A DNA stretch of 64,000 nt from Malacoraja senta (taxonomy: Eukaryota), in NCBI GenBank assembly GCA_038087875.1, contig CM075989.1:8434001-8498000 (forward strand), in the 5' to 3' direction. This document shows, one piece after another, positions 35,689 through 48,393 of this stretch. The position numbers were made by a program, and so were the translations under genes. The notes under the pieces were generated by a model. The model saw nothing but the letters and a program-made list of their open reading frames with translations, had not been told where the DNA came from and ran no database searches. Position 1 is the stretch's first letter. Each line of letters starts with the position of its first letter.

Positions 35689-37789
35689 ATCATTTGCAAC
35701 AATTCACAGCACCAACATGCAGAGTTAGAGGATAATTAAACCTCCATCTAGCAAATATTGAAATGGTCTTTTTGTCAAAGATGCCACAGCATTTTAACAC
35801 TTACTGATCAATTTGAATGTATTTGCAGACTCTTGGATAAAGGCTTCTACTAGCTTGTAAGAAAATATCACAATGTCTTTGTTAAGCCTCTTTGGGAAAA
35901 TTTGATTGTATTGACCGGAATAATGGGTATGGGTACAACTGGACTCAAGACAACTTGTTGTTGTATTAAATACTATCAGTAGGATAGAGGACTGCCAGAA
36001 TCTTGTTCATATGTTCCAATAATCAGATGAAAAATTATTTTAAATAATACTACCATAGAATGGATAGAAATTAGTTTGACACAAGCAGATGAAGACATTA
36101 CTCATGTTTAACGATGATATCATGGTATGGTTTTAACCCAACATGACTTAATCCCATACTTAAAAAAACATGAAATAGTGAAACATTTCACTGCTTTAAA
36201 CCACTATCCCTATAATGTATTTGGGAAGATGAAGAATTTTACGCTGGTTTACATTAAAGTTAGGGTGGTTACCTCTCATTTTCCTCATATTGTAAACATT
36301 ATCCTAGCTGAGAGAGCGTGCAGGCAAGGGACCCATTCTCTGCAAATTCAGCAGGCGCTAAGGGATGCACTGAAGCTCGATGGAGCCAATGCAAAAGCTT
36401 TGTGGGGAAAGACTGCAGTCTAAGGTCCACCTGCCGCTGCATCCTGAGTGACTAAGCCCTGTGTAAAAGCCTCTCAGACATCTGAAATTGGTATTGCCCC
36501 AAGCCTCATGAGTGGTAATGGTGCTCTGCATGTAGAATGTTATGGGGTGTCAAAGGTTACGGGGAGAAGGCAGGGGAATGGGGTTAGGATAGAGAGATAG
36601 ATCAGCCATGATTAAATGGCAGAGTAGACTTAATGGGCCGAATGGCCTAATTCTGATCCTATCACTTACGATCTTATGACTGGATAACACTATCAACGTA
36701 AAGAAAGCCATTTCCTTTTTTTCCTATTTCTTGCATATATTCTTTATGAATACAGCTTCCGTTTGAAATTTAAAAATCCTTGTAACCAAATGTAGAGAGT
36801 GATGAAGGAGCTATCTGGCTTAAACTGGCTTCTGACCCAGCTTGTGATCCTCCATCCGACTGACAAACATCAATCTAATCTATTTCAATAATACTTTCAA
36901 AACATTACATGCGACAGAAGGATTCTGACCTTTTCATTAATTGAGAAACCTATTTTTGAATGTTGTTGGCTTTAAGCAATAGATTCTGAAAATTATGTGC
37001 TCTCACAAGGCTTTGCTAATCTAATACCTTTTTGGATTGATGTGGCTTATGGCTTATTCAACTTAGTAAGCACAGCTAATTCTTAGAGCAATTGGTCTGT
37101 CCATGCAACAAAATAATTCTAAACCTCAGCAAGGGAAAGGGGACTAATTTCTGCTTTCTCTAAAGAAGATACATTAATCTGCTTTAGTATTACTCAGAAA
37201 ACATTGCCAGAAAAGATAAAAAGAAAAGCCATCTTGCACCACTTCCTCCATGATCACTCCAGCTGGTAGTATTATAGACAGGGGTCACTGGTCTTGGAAC
37301 ATTCATTACAAAAGAGCCACGCCTTTGCTACAGTTATGGCGTGTTCTAAGCAGCCTCACATGTAGTAATGACACTTTACGATGAATGCCGTGACGCACTT
37401 TACAAGGTCAAATGGTCCCTTCAAGGAATTTAACCCAGACTAGACCCCACAGATTTTCTTTCTGGCCAACATTCATCCGTCAACTAACACCATGTGTGGA
37501 TGGAATGGTCGTGTATTTGAGGGATACTGTGTCGTGCAGAACCTGGCTGCTGCTTTTCCCTAACATTTCAATGAAGTCTTCAGACATGCTCGACTGGAAC
37601 ACACCTTGACCCATTCTACAGTATTGAACAATGTTATTTGAATGCAAATTATTCCTTCATGACAGACCTTTCTTTGAAATAAGCCCTTATTGATTTGTAT
37701 CAACTGCCAAATCCCTCTTCCTGTCACTTCTGTTCTGCTTTTAGTCCCTTTTTACTGATCTGATTGTGTGGCCAGGATGGGTAGATTCT

Positions 37790-38370
37790 GGAAAAGCTCA
37801 GCTGTTCAGGCAACGCCTGTGGAACATTTTGAGTTAAGACCCTTCATAAGACGTGAGAAGGGGAAGAAAGCAAAAAAAAAGAGACAAAGTGCTGGAGTAA
37901 CTCAGGGGTCAGGCAGCATCTCTGGGGAACATGGGTAGGTGATGTGTGTAGGAAGGAACTGCAGATGTGTGCAGATGCTGATTTAAACAGAAGATAGACA
38001 CAAAATGCTGGAGTAATTCAGCGGGACAGGCAGCATCTCTGGAGAGAAGGAATGGGTGACATTTCGGGTCGAGACTAGTCAGAGGAAAGGGAAATGAGAG
38101 ATATAGACAGTGATGTAGAGAGATATAGAACAAATGAATGAAAGATATACAAAAAAAGTAACAGTGATAAAGGAAACAGGTCTGTCCCACTGAGTTACTC
38201 CAGCATTTTGTGTCTATCTATGGATAAGGGGTTGTTTTGGGTCAGACCATTCTTCGGGGTCCTGACCCAAAATGACACCTATCTATGTTCTCCAGCGATG
38301 TTGCCTGGCCCACTGTTACTCCAACACATTGTGTCTTTTCTTGTAAACCAGCACCTGCAGTTCCTTACGT
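37790..38370. mobile_element. Cluster of nested Penelope-derived terminal units
   Basis: Repeated gctggagtaactcag..ggcagcatctctgg units and reverse complements. Confidence 0.65.
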
Positions 38371-38659
38371 TTACAGGAATGAAAATAAGTTAGTCTGAGA
38401 ACCAGAGGAAGAGAAGGAAGGCACTGGGTGGAATAAAGGGAAAGTCTGTAACAGTGAAAATGTTGGAGCCATTGCATTGACAGGTAAGCTCCTCCCACAT
38501 TCTGAAGACCCTTCTTCAGTGTACGTGGACGGCCAAGCTGGAGAGATGAAGACTTTCCTTGAGCCGGTGGGTGGGTACCTTTGGAGTACTTGAACCAAAG
38601 CAGATTGTCGCATGTGTACAGGTGAGTGGTAGAGGAACTGGAAGGAGACGGAGAGCTTC

Positions 38660-39480
38660 CACCACAGAGACACATGGTGGCAGGACAACAACGTCTCCCT
38701 CTATGTCAGCAAGTCAAAGGAGCTAGTTGTCAACTTCAGGAAGCGTGTTGGAGTAGATGCCCCAGTCAGCATCAATGGTGCCGAGGTGGAAATGGTTGAA
38801 AGCCTCAAGTTTCTTGGCATTAATATTACCAACCACCTATCGTGAACCAATGACATTGAAATGACAGCCAAGAAAGCACACCAATGCCTCTGTTTCCTCG
38901 AGAGAGAGACTATGGAAATCGGCATGTTTCCATTGATTCTTTCAAACTTCTACAGATGCATCATAAAGTGTATCCTGTTCGGTTGCATCACAGCTTCGTT
39001 TGTGAACACCTCTGCCCAAGACCAGAAGAAGATGTTGCCTAGTCCATCACACAGACCAGACTCCCCACCATTTACTCCATCTCCAATTCACGCTGCGTCA
39101 CAAAAGCAGCCAACGTAATCAATGACTTGGTTATTCCTTCTTCTCCCCCTCCCATTGGGCAGAAGATACAGAAACTTGAAAGTAGGCACCAAAGACTGCT
39201 TTCCCCCCTCTGCAATCAGACTTCAGCGTGGTCCTTCCATGACCTAGGGTGCTGTCCGATTCACCTCTACCCCGTGGCGGACATTGAACTTTGTCAATGG
39301 AACTGGTGTGCAGCATTGCTGAGAACTATATTCTGCATGATGTATCTTCCCCTTTGCTCCACCTGTTGTGCTCGAGTTGGGCTCAATTGTATTTACGTAT
39401 GGTGTTATCCGATTTGATTCGATGGCAGCAAAAAAAGCTTTTCACTGTTCCACAGAACATGCAACAATAATAAGCCTAAA
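38660..39480 (+). mobile_element. Rex1/Babar-like LINE fragment
   Basis: 'WWQDNN.SL.VSKSKELVVNFRK', 'KKAHQCLCFL' and 'FYRCIIKCILFGCITA' remnants. Confidence 0.75.
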
Positions 39481-40639
39481 GCAAGAATCTGGGGATATTG
39501 ATGGGAATGTGGGGAGAATAAAGTGGGATTAGTGTCAAGATTAATTCAATAGGTGCTTAATGCTTGGCATGTACTTGGTGGGCTCAAGATCCTATTTTGT
39601 GTGTTACGTGACTCCACGAGATGTTAATAATAGGTGGCGTACATTTAGGTTACTTGCGTGGAAAGAGGAGTTAGAAACTGAGGAAAATGTATTTCATCCA
39701 AAGGGCCGGGGTGTCTGAAAGTCTGCCTGAAAGGGCGCTGGAGGCAAAAATCCACAAGCGATTGAATTCTTGTAGCCCTTGGCACAGAATGACCCAGAGC
39801 TGGGAAATGGGAATGACCCGATAGCCTTCCCCAGCGCCATTCATTTTTATGATTCTCTGATCTCTCAGCATGAAGACAGATGACACAGATAATTCCTGAA
39901 GCAGCACTAAGACTCAGAGGGAGCAAATGTTTCCGTGCGGAAGGAACATATTTAATATTGATGACTTCTACTTTGCTGAAAAGACCAACTTTTCCGAGTC
40001 TTTTTTAAAATTAAATAATGGCAGTATACATAGACTCTTCCTGGAATGTAAAAGCTTTTTATTTAAAAGTCTTTGCAATCCTCTGCAATTAAAAAGACAG
40101 CTGAGTCCAATGTTATTTGTGTGTGTTCATTCAAAGAAAGCAAAATAAACAAAAAAATCTATAATTGAACCAAATATATTTGCAGTGGAGGCTTAATGGA
40201 GTGTCGTAAAGAAAGCCACTGAGAGAAGACTACAGAGCACAAAGTAGACAGCTGAAAGCATGGCCATTAATGGGGAGAGAAAATGGGTGATGTGCAAGAT
40301 ATCAAAATCAACCGGAGAATAGGAGCTGGTGGTTATGGAAATAGGGAGGGAGTAAAACCAGGAAGGGATGTAACTAAGGGGGAGAAATTTTAAATGGAAG
40401 CATTGAACAAATGTAGGACAGCAAGTCAGGCTGTGTAAGAAGTTGCATCAGTGCTTGGGACATATCAACTGAGCTGTTTTGTTTTGTCTTTTGCAAGTTT
40501 TCATTTTTGTCACCCTGCTCCTTCAAGCTGCAAATGTCTCAACTTAGATGGAGGGTTTTAGCAGGTAATTCAAGGAGCCAAACTCAGATCCTTGCTTTTT
40601 ATAACATCTACTGAAAGGGCAATTGCCATCCCTCGTAGA

Positions 40640-41450
40640 ATGGCTCTAGATCTCTGAGAAGCTGGATCAATTGGGAAAGTACTCTAAGAATTGACAGATG
40701 GAATTTAACTTGGACAAGTGTGAATTGATGTACTTTGGAATGTTAAACGAGGACAGAATGCAGGCAGTGAATGGCAGAGCCCGAGGGAGTGTGGTAGAAC
40801 AGAGGGGCCCAGTGGGACAAATCCACTTCCCTGAAAGTAGCAGCACAGGTAGATAGGTCATTAGGAGACATATGACACTCTGGGTACACAAAAATGCTGG
40901 AGAAACTCAGCGGGTGCAGCAGCATCTATGGAGCGAAGGAAATAGGTAACGTTTCGGGCCGAAACCCTTCTTCAGACTGATAGGGGGTGGGAAGAAAGGA
41001 AAAAAGGAAAAAGGCGGAGGAGGAGCCCGAGGGCTGGAGGAGGGGAGGAGACAACCAGATAGCTGATGAAGGGGAGGGGACAGCAAGGGCTAGCAGAATT
41101 GGGAGAATTCAATGTTCAAACCCCCAGGATGTAGACTGCCCAAGCGGAATATGAGGTGCATTTCCTCCAATTTACGGTGTTTATGACACTCTGGCCCTTG
41201 TTGGGAGGTCATACAGGGCATTGGTGGGATGACACCTGGAATACAGTGTGCAGTTCTAATGATCATTACAATGGAATGATGTAATTCAGCTAGAGGGTGC
41301 AGAAGAGATTCACAAGATTGTTGCTGGAACTCGAGAGATTCAGTTATAAGGAGAGACTAGACAGCCTGGACTGTTTCATCCAGGATAGAAGGTAGCTGAG
41401 GGATGACCTTGTAGAGGTTTATAAAATTATCAGTTGCACAGATGAGATGG
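40640..41450 (+). mobile_element. Degenerate CR1 fragment hosting a Penelope 3' insertion
   Basis: 'QMEFNLDKCELMYFG' and 'HLEYSVQF' remnants; LRDDLVEVYKII near 41400. Confidence 0.7.
40884..41181 (-). mobile_element. Penelope 3' fragment with 13-bp TSD
   Basis: Reverse complement of ~21840-22132; TSD tatgacactctgg at 40871-40883 and 41182-41194. Confidence 0.9.
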
Positions 41451-43672
41451 ATCATCATCGTCCTTCCCCACCCCCCTCCATCCACACCCCCCAAAATGTC
41501 CAAACCCAAAACGTCACCTATCCATGTTCTCCAGAAATGTTGCCTGACTCGCTAAGTTACTCCAGCACTTTGTGCCCTATTTTCCCCCCCCCCCCCAAAT
41601 TCAGGGGTTGGAATGTGAGAAACAGCAGCCAATTTGGCCCAAGGAAGCCCCCAGTAACAGCATTGTGAAAATAATCAGGTATCCATTTTGTTTAGTGATA
41701 TTGTTTGAGACACAAATATTTCTCAGAAGTAAACTCCCTGTGGCATGTTGCCACTGCTTCTTTTGCATATAACTTGCCTAAGAAAATGGGCTTTCAGTTT
41801 GGCATTCCATCTTAAAGCCATTTCCTCTGCCTGCAGGCCTTCCTCAGAACATTGGAGTGTTAACTATGTTCTCGTCTCAGATCTCTGGCGTGGAACGTGA
41901 CCTCGTGACTCAGAGGCAAGAGCGCTGCTACTGAACCGGGAAACAGCTGAAGCATAGGTTTGGAAGGGAGAGCGGTGAAAACACTTTTTTTTTTTTTTAA
42001 ATGACAGTCCAGGATAGCAGGTGTGTAGATGTCAAAAGCAAGCGTGAGGGAAGAGCTCAAATTGATTGGGGCCATCATTTATTAATAGCTCAATAGAGGG
42101 CAAATGGAACTCCATCAACGTCGTAGAGGAGAACGCAAAGGTCAAAACATTCATTAAATTAGCATGGGTAAAGTAAAATAAATGCTTGCAAATGAATCAA
42201 CGAGTCAATTGATTCCAAAATAAGAAGAGGGAGCTTTGAAATAGGTTGATTTTCAAGAAGACAGAAATGTCAGAAGTTTGTGATCAGAGTAATCAGATAA
42301 CTGGGGGAAACTGCAATGAGCTCAAGAGCCAACATTTTTTTTTAGCATTATTAAACGAGATTAGAGTGCAGGCAGAATTAAGAGTCTCAAATGGGATGCC
42401 AATGAGAATAAAATGGCGTGGAATGAAATGCCTAAGAAAATTGGCTTTCAGTTTGGCATTCCATCTTAAAGCCATTTCCTCTGACTGCAGGGCCGAATGG
42501 CCTACTCCTGCACCTATTGTCTATTGCTTCGTAAAGATAGCAGAGTCAGGGGATATGGGGAGAAGGCAGTAACGGGGTCCTGATTGTGGATGATCAGCCA
42601 TGATCACATTGAATGGCGGTGCTGGCTCGAAGGGCTGAATGGCCTACTCCTGCACCTATTGTCTATAGGACAAGAGGAGGAATGAGGAAAAGAAAATTGC
42701 TCCGAGACATATTATTAACCGGAATTCATTGTCTAAAAGGGCAGTCTCAAGGCAGATTCAGTGGTAGCTTTCCAAAGAGTGTTGGACATATACTGGAAAG
42801 GAAAATATTGCACAGCTATGGTAATAGAGAAAGGACCTAAGACTAATTGGATAGATCTTTCAAAATTCTGAAAGGCATGGTGGATCAAACTGCATCTGTT
42901 CTACAGCATCATTCTATGATTCAGTGAAGAGGAGGTGGAGAAGATTTTTAATAACTCTGCAGTTAGTATTATTGGAATTTGTCACACATATATTCAGCTG
43001 GGATTTCCAACCCTGACATAGATACAGAACAAGCTAACGTGCACTGTGATGTACACATCTGCATGCACACTTATATTTGACATGCAAGCTTGCATTCCAT
43101 CTCGCATACATATTCCTCCAGAGTTACTCACATCCACTCACACACACACACACACACAAACATTCATACCCACACTCTGTTTTTCTCTCTCTCTCCCCCT
43201 CTCTCACATGCACTCACACGCACTCACTCCAGATAGTGATCAAAGAACAATCAGAAACCATAGCTTTAGAGCACGGGACTGCCTGTGGCATAACCTACTG
43301 TATCATTGTCCCAGCTGAAATCCACTCACCACGGAATCATCGCACCTGATATGCTGTTGGTTTGCTGCACATTGGAAGTGTATTTCTCAATACTCTGAGG
43401 CAGCACTTAGCAAGCTGTAAATGAGAGACTTAATTGGCTGCCGTCTTTAAAGTTGTAATATAAACTGGAGAGACGAATAAAGACTCAAGTCAAAGCCATT
43501 CAATTGCATAGTTGCATGCCCAATAATTAAATGGATTAGGTCGCACAAAAGAACATTCCATGGAAACAGTGACGCTCAGAAAAGACCAGTTGGTGTATTA
43601 TTCGATAGAAACTTACTCCAGATAACCTCCGAGCCAGGATAATGTAATATAATATAATGTAATATAAAAGCC

Positions 43673-43966
43673 CATGATGGGTGGTGCAGTGGTAGAGTTG
43701 CTGCCCTACAGCACCAGAGAACTGGTTTGATCCTGACTGTATAGAGTTTGCACGCTCTCCCCGTGACCTGCGTGGATTTTCTCCGGGTGCTCCGGTTCCC
43801 TCCCACATTCCAAAGATGTACAGATTTGTAGGCTAATTGGCTCAGTAAAATTGTAAATTTGTCCCGAATGTGTATCAGACAGTTAGTGTATGGGGGATCA
43901 CTGGTCAGCGTGGACTTGGTGGGCCAAAGGGCCTGTTTCCGTACTGTATCTCTAAACTAAACTAAA
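43673..43966 (+). mobile_element. HE1-type V-SINE
   Basis: Head, V domain and (ctaaa)n tail. Confidence 0.85.
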
Positions 43967-44316
43967 TCTTTCAGAAAGGTCCATGGATGAAAATGTGAAA
44001 AAGCAAAATACCACAAATGCTCAGAATCTGGATATTCTCTCTAGGCCAGGGAGCATCAATGGAAAGGAAACATTGGAACATGGGAAAATAGCTAACTTTG
44101 TTAGTAAATTTCCAGATGACACCAAAATTGGTGGTAGAGTGACAGTAAGGAAGGATATCAAAGTTTACAACAGGATCTAGATCAGTCGGGATGTTGGGCA
44201 AAGGAAAGGCAAATGGACTTTAACAAAGCGTGAGGTGTTGCATTTTGGTAGGTCAAGTCAATAAATAAAAATGTTTTAATTAAAAAAGAATAGGATCCCC
44301 TTTAAACCAGAGGAAT

Positions 44317-45303
44317 TTATACAGAACTTAAAATAGTTTCTGCAAACAGCCCCGTATTGGTAATAGGCCGATAGTAAAACTGTTGAAACATCAACTCATT
44401 GGACCACCCGGCGGCTGCGAGAATATGGTCGACGGGGACGTCCTTCGCCGTGGCCGCCGACGTTGCTGCTGCCCTAGTCGAATGGGACGTAAAAACATCA
44501 GTGTTAATACCTGCAGCAATCAAGACTTGTTTTAGCCATCTTGAAATAGTCTGTACTGAGACTCTCTTGTGTGGTTTTTATTTGTGTGATAAACAAACCA
44601 GTTTCCATATTTCGTAAGACCCTTGTAACCTCAATGTATTGTAACAAATATGTCTTAGTACAGAGACATGGATCCGTTGGATATGCTGATAAAACAATTC
44701 TGAATCCTGTCACACCTGGCCTTCTTTGTTTCAGTAGGTCATAAATGTAAAACATAACATTATCTTCAGCCACTTACATCCTGTCTATTTGCAATTTTTG
44801 AAATGTCTGCACTCGCTGTGCTGTTACTAATGCCATAAGCATGACCACTTTCATACTGAGTTTGGCCAAAGTCAAAGACATACCAGGAGACCATTCACAA
44901 AGTAGCTTAAGAACCACACTTACAGTACATCCCAGATTGCCATGTACCTAGGCTTAGGCGGTCTGGAATTAAAAATTCCTTTCATCAATCTGGAAACAAG
45001 TGGATGAGACCCAATAGGATTTCCTTCCGACTCCACAAATAAATATGAGGACAATGCACTCCTGGCTGAATTAATTGCACTATAACTCAACCCCTCATTG
45101 TAATAAAGTGTTGACAAAAACTCTAAAACATTTGAGATATCTGCCGTACAATATTCAACATTATTTTGTACACAGAACTTTTCCCATTTCTTAATATAAG
45201 AAATGTACTGCTTTTGAGTGCTCTTCCTCCAGGCTGCCGTAAGCATGTCCACAGTATGCCCAGACAGTCCTTGCCCGAGAAAAGGCCTTCTTAAAACCTG
45301 CAA
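44317..45303 (-). pseudogene. DIRS tyrosine recombinase, disrupted
   Basis: 'GLSYSAINSARSALS', 'HPLVSRLMKG', TAQRVQ, 'FTSHSTRAAATS' (HxxR) and 'AAGWS...FQQFYYRPI' (catalytic Tyr); split over several ORFs. Confidence 0.85.
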
Positions 45304-45670
45304 ATTAACAAATCCAAACGATCATTTAATGGATGTTGTTCTCCTGTTACCAGATGCAGTAATAAATCCCTTCTTTTCGGGACTTTCATCAAAGGCCATG
45401 TCGTCAATTCTAATATCAAAGGAAACCATGGCTGTATAGGCCAATCTGGTACCACCAATACCCCTGAAGCGGTATCTTGCCTGATTTTAAGCAAACACCG
45501 ACTTATGAGGCAGAAAAGTGGAAATGCATACAAAAGCATACCACCCCAATGTAGCGAGAAAGCATCAATCGCTACTGCACCTGGATCTGGTTACAATGAC
45601 ACATATCTCGATAGCTGATGATTTAATCTAGATGCGAACAAGTCGATATCTGGCATTCCAAATCTGATTA
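45291..45670 (-). pseudogene. DIRS adenine-methyltransferase-like domain, disrupted
   Basis: 'PDIDLFASRLN', DAFSLHW, 'YAFPLF' (YAFPPF-like) and 'VLVVPDWPIQPWFP'; stop at 45591-45593. Confidence 0.75.
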
Positions 45671-47057
45671 CTATGTCATTGAATACCTCTCTATTCAACA
45701 TCCATTCTTTGTTATCATGGAATTTCCTTGACCTGGTGTCTGCTATAATATCCAATCTACCTGGTAGATAAATAGCAGAAATCCAAATACTCCTGTCAAT
45801 ACACCAAGACCAGATTTGATTAGCCAACTTATCACATGACACCGACTTGATTCCACCCATGTGATTAATATATGCCACTGCTGTTGTATTATCAATTTGC
45901 AACTGAACATGCAGGTTAGTTGTGTTAGAGCAATAAGCTTGGAGTCCATAGAACCCTCCTAAAAGCTCCAAATAGTTGATTCCCCATGTCTGCAGAAACA
46001 ATGCCTCTTCCGTATTCCATCTGCCTCCGCAGCTGGATACCAAATCAGTTGCACCCCATCCTAGTGCACTGACATCAGTTTGTAATACCATGGAAGGCTG
46101 TTCAGTCAGTATTTTGCTGAAACTGCTTGAGACATGTAGAATCCACCACTGCAAATCAGAAACAGCATTTGTTGTTAATTGCATGGCCCTATCAAAATGG
46201 CCACCATGCATCCTCAGTGCCTGTTCTTTAGCTCTCTGTAGCTGTTGGAAATGTAATGGCCCATATTGTACTGCTGGAAAAGCTGCTACTAATTTCCCCA
46301 GCACTCTAGCCACATGTCTAATTGAAGGTTTTCTCTCATTTAACAGCTTAATGCAACCATCAATCAACTCCACCCTTTTTTCACTGAGCAAAGTAATTTC
46401 CATGTGAACTGAATCAATTGTGAAACCCAGATAATCAATTGATGTACGTGGTGTTAACCTTGATTTCTTTAGATGAATTAGAAAACCCAAACTTTCAAAA
46501 GTGGATTTAACAACTGAGACAGATAACTCAGCTAACTCTTTTGTTCGTCCTATAATCAGGACATCATCCAGGTACTCCATTACCACATGCCCCTGGCCTC
46601 TCAGCAGCCCTAGAATTGGTTTTAATAATTTAGTGAATATTCTGGGAGCTGAAGTTAACCCATTAGGCAGAGCTTTAAACTGCCATAACTGATTCATCCA
46701 GGTAAATTTTAGATATTTTCTATCTTCCAAATGAACAGACACTGAATAATATGCATCTTTTAGATCAATAGTTGCCATATAACATGCTTTTGAAATCAGT
46801 TGTTTGGCAGTCACAAAAGTCTCCATTTTAAAGTGTCTAAATTGAACAAAAGGATTAAGACTTGTCAAGTCCAAAATAATCTTACATCCTCCATCCATTT
46901 TAGGTCGGGGAAATATATTAGACACTAATTGGTGGGTTTGATAAACCGACTTTTCAATAACACCTTTATTACATAGGTTTTCAAGTTCAGCTTGAACCTC
47001 CATCACTTCTTTTTGTGAAAACTGGAGTATTCTGCTAGGAACATGCTGGATGGGCAA
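45591..47057 (-). CDS. DIRS reverse transcriptase plus RNase H
   Basis: 'IDLKDAYY', 'FKALPNGLTSAPRIFTK' and 'YLDD'; RNase H 'TDVSALGWGA', 'INYLEL' and 'DNTTAVAYINHMGG'. Confidence 0.92.
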   Translation of the reverse strand: MPIQHVPSRILQFSQKEVMEVQAELENLCNKGVIEKSVYQTHQLVSNIFPRPKMDGGCKIILDLTSLNPFVQFRHFKMETFVTAKQLISKACYMATIDLKDAYYSVSVHLEDRKYLKFTWMNQLWQFKALPNGLTSAPRIFTKLLKPILGLLRGQGHVVMEYLDDVLIIGRTKELAELSVSVVKSTFESLGFLIHLKKSRLTPRTSIDYLGFTIDSVHMEITLLSEKRVELIDGCIKLLNERKPSIRHVARVLGKLVAAFPAVQYGPLHFQQLQRAKEQALRMHGGHFDRAMQLTTNAVSDLQWWILHVSSSFSKILTEQPSMVLQTDVSALGWGATDLVSSCGGRWNTEEALFLQTWGINYLELLGGFYGLQAYCSNTTNLHVQLQIDNTTAVAYINHMGGIKSVSCDKLANQIWSWCIDRSIWISAIYLPGRLDIIADTRSRKFHDNKEWMLNREVFNDIVIRFGMPDIDLFASRLNHQLSRYVSL

Positions 47058-47125
47058 ATCATAATTTGGATCGAACTCTATTCGAAATCCTTGTATAATA
47101 CTCAGAATAACAAAGTCTGAAGTAA

Positions 47126-48393
47126 TCAGCTTCCAACTTTTATAGAAGAGATGAATCTGCCCCCAACTTTTGGCTGTACTGCCTTCAATATGTTCCCATG
47201 AGAACCAGGTCCACCTACCTCCTTAGTCACTTGAGTGACCTGTGGTCCCTGGCTTCTGGCGGGAAGACCCACGCTTGTTCGTGTTCCCGCTGCAGGACGC
47301 CAACTACGCCCCTGCGACGATGATCGACTTGTTCCTGGTGTAGTCCCAGGATCAGTATGATGTCTGAAAGGATACCTCCTCTTCACAGACTTGCCAACCA
47401 TCGATGGTTTGATCAACCCGGCTGTTTTTGCCTCATCATCCAACTCCTTCACGCGTCTCGCGAGATCATCTCCAAAGAGTAAGTTGGGCAGCTGCACATT
47501 ACTGGGCTTGCAGAGTGCTACGAATTTGGGATTGATGGTGGGCCGAATAGCACACTTCCTCAAACAATTGATCTCGAGGTGGGCGCTACATAGCAACCCC
47601 AGTGCCTCCTGTCATCTGCTGGCCTTTATCCATTGTTCTGGCAAATGCAGTTATTCCAGAACCCAGCAGCTTTAATATTCTCTGCAGCTTTATTTCTTGA
47701 GCTCTCATGCTCATGCCCATCAGACCCCATATCACTTGGTTTACTGCTGGTGCTTTCAATAAAATGCAGGTCCTCAGGGTCTCGTGCTTTTTGGCAGTTT
47801 CATCCATCGTAAGCTGCTCCAGCTGATGGGATACCAAATAGTTGATCGTGGAGGCCAACTCCTCTCCCAGTGGCTCTCCTGACCCTGACGGGGCAGCGAA
47901 TCATACTGCCAGAGGTGGAATATCTGGCAGCTGCCGTTCTTCGCTTGAATCGGCCTCACCGTCAGAGTCGGGGTCAGAACTCTGCTGACCCTGTGCACGT
48001 GCCTCATCAATGAGGGTGCTCTCAAACAGCCCTTTGCTAGGTGCTGCTGACCTGGCTTCTGGAGCCTGACTTTGGCTACACTCTTCACTGAGTGTGCTTT
48101 TCTCCAGTAACCTGTGTATCAGGCTTTCCATCCGAGAGATCCGCTCAAAAGCGGTTTCCAGCCCTGGAGTCGCATCCTCCTCATCGGACTCCTCCTCCGT
48201 GGGCCGCACGGACTTGAATTTTGCCTTGCGCCCCACTGGCGCTGACTGAGTTCTTTTCAACCCCAAGTCCACAGTCGCTACGCTCCCAGCCGGCGACTGT
48301 ACAGGGGTCTGAGGCAGCTGTTCGCCGACCGCAATCTCGCGACTTTCCACCGGCTTTGCCGCTAGCCTCTTCCCCCTTGCCCGTTTTTTCCAT
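47126..48393 (-). pseudogene. DIRS gag-like ORF, frameshifted
   Basis: Upstream of RT; 'LLFGDDLARRVKEL' is typical of DIRS ORF1 C-termini; good-context ATG (gcaccATGG) at 48393. Confidence 0.65.
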
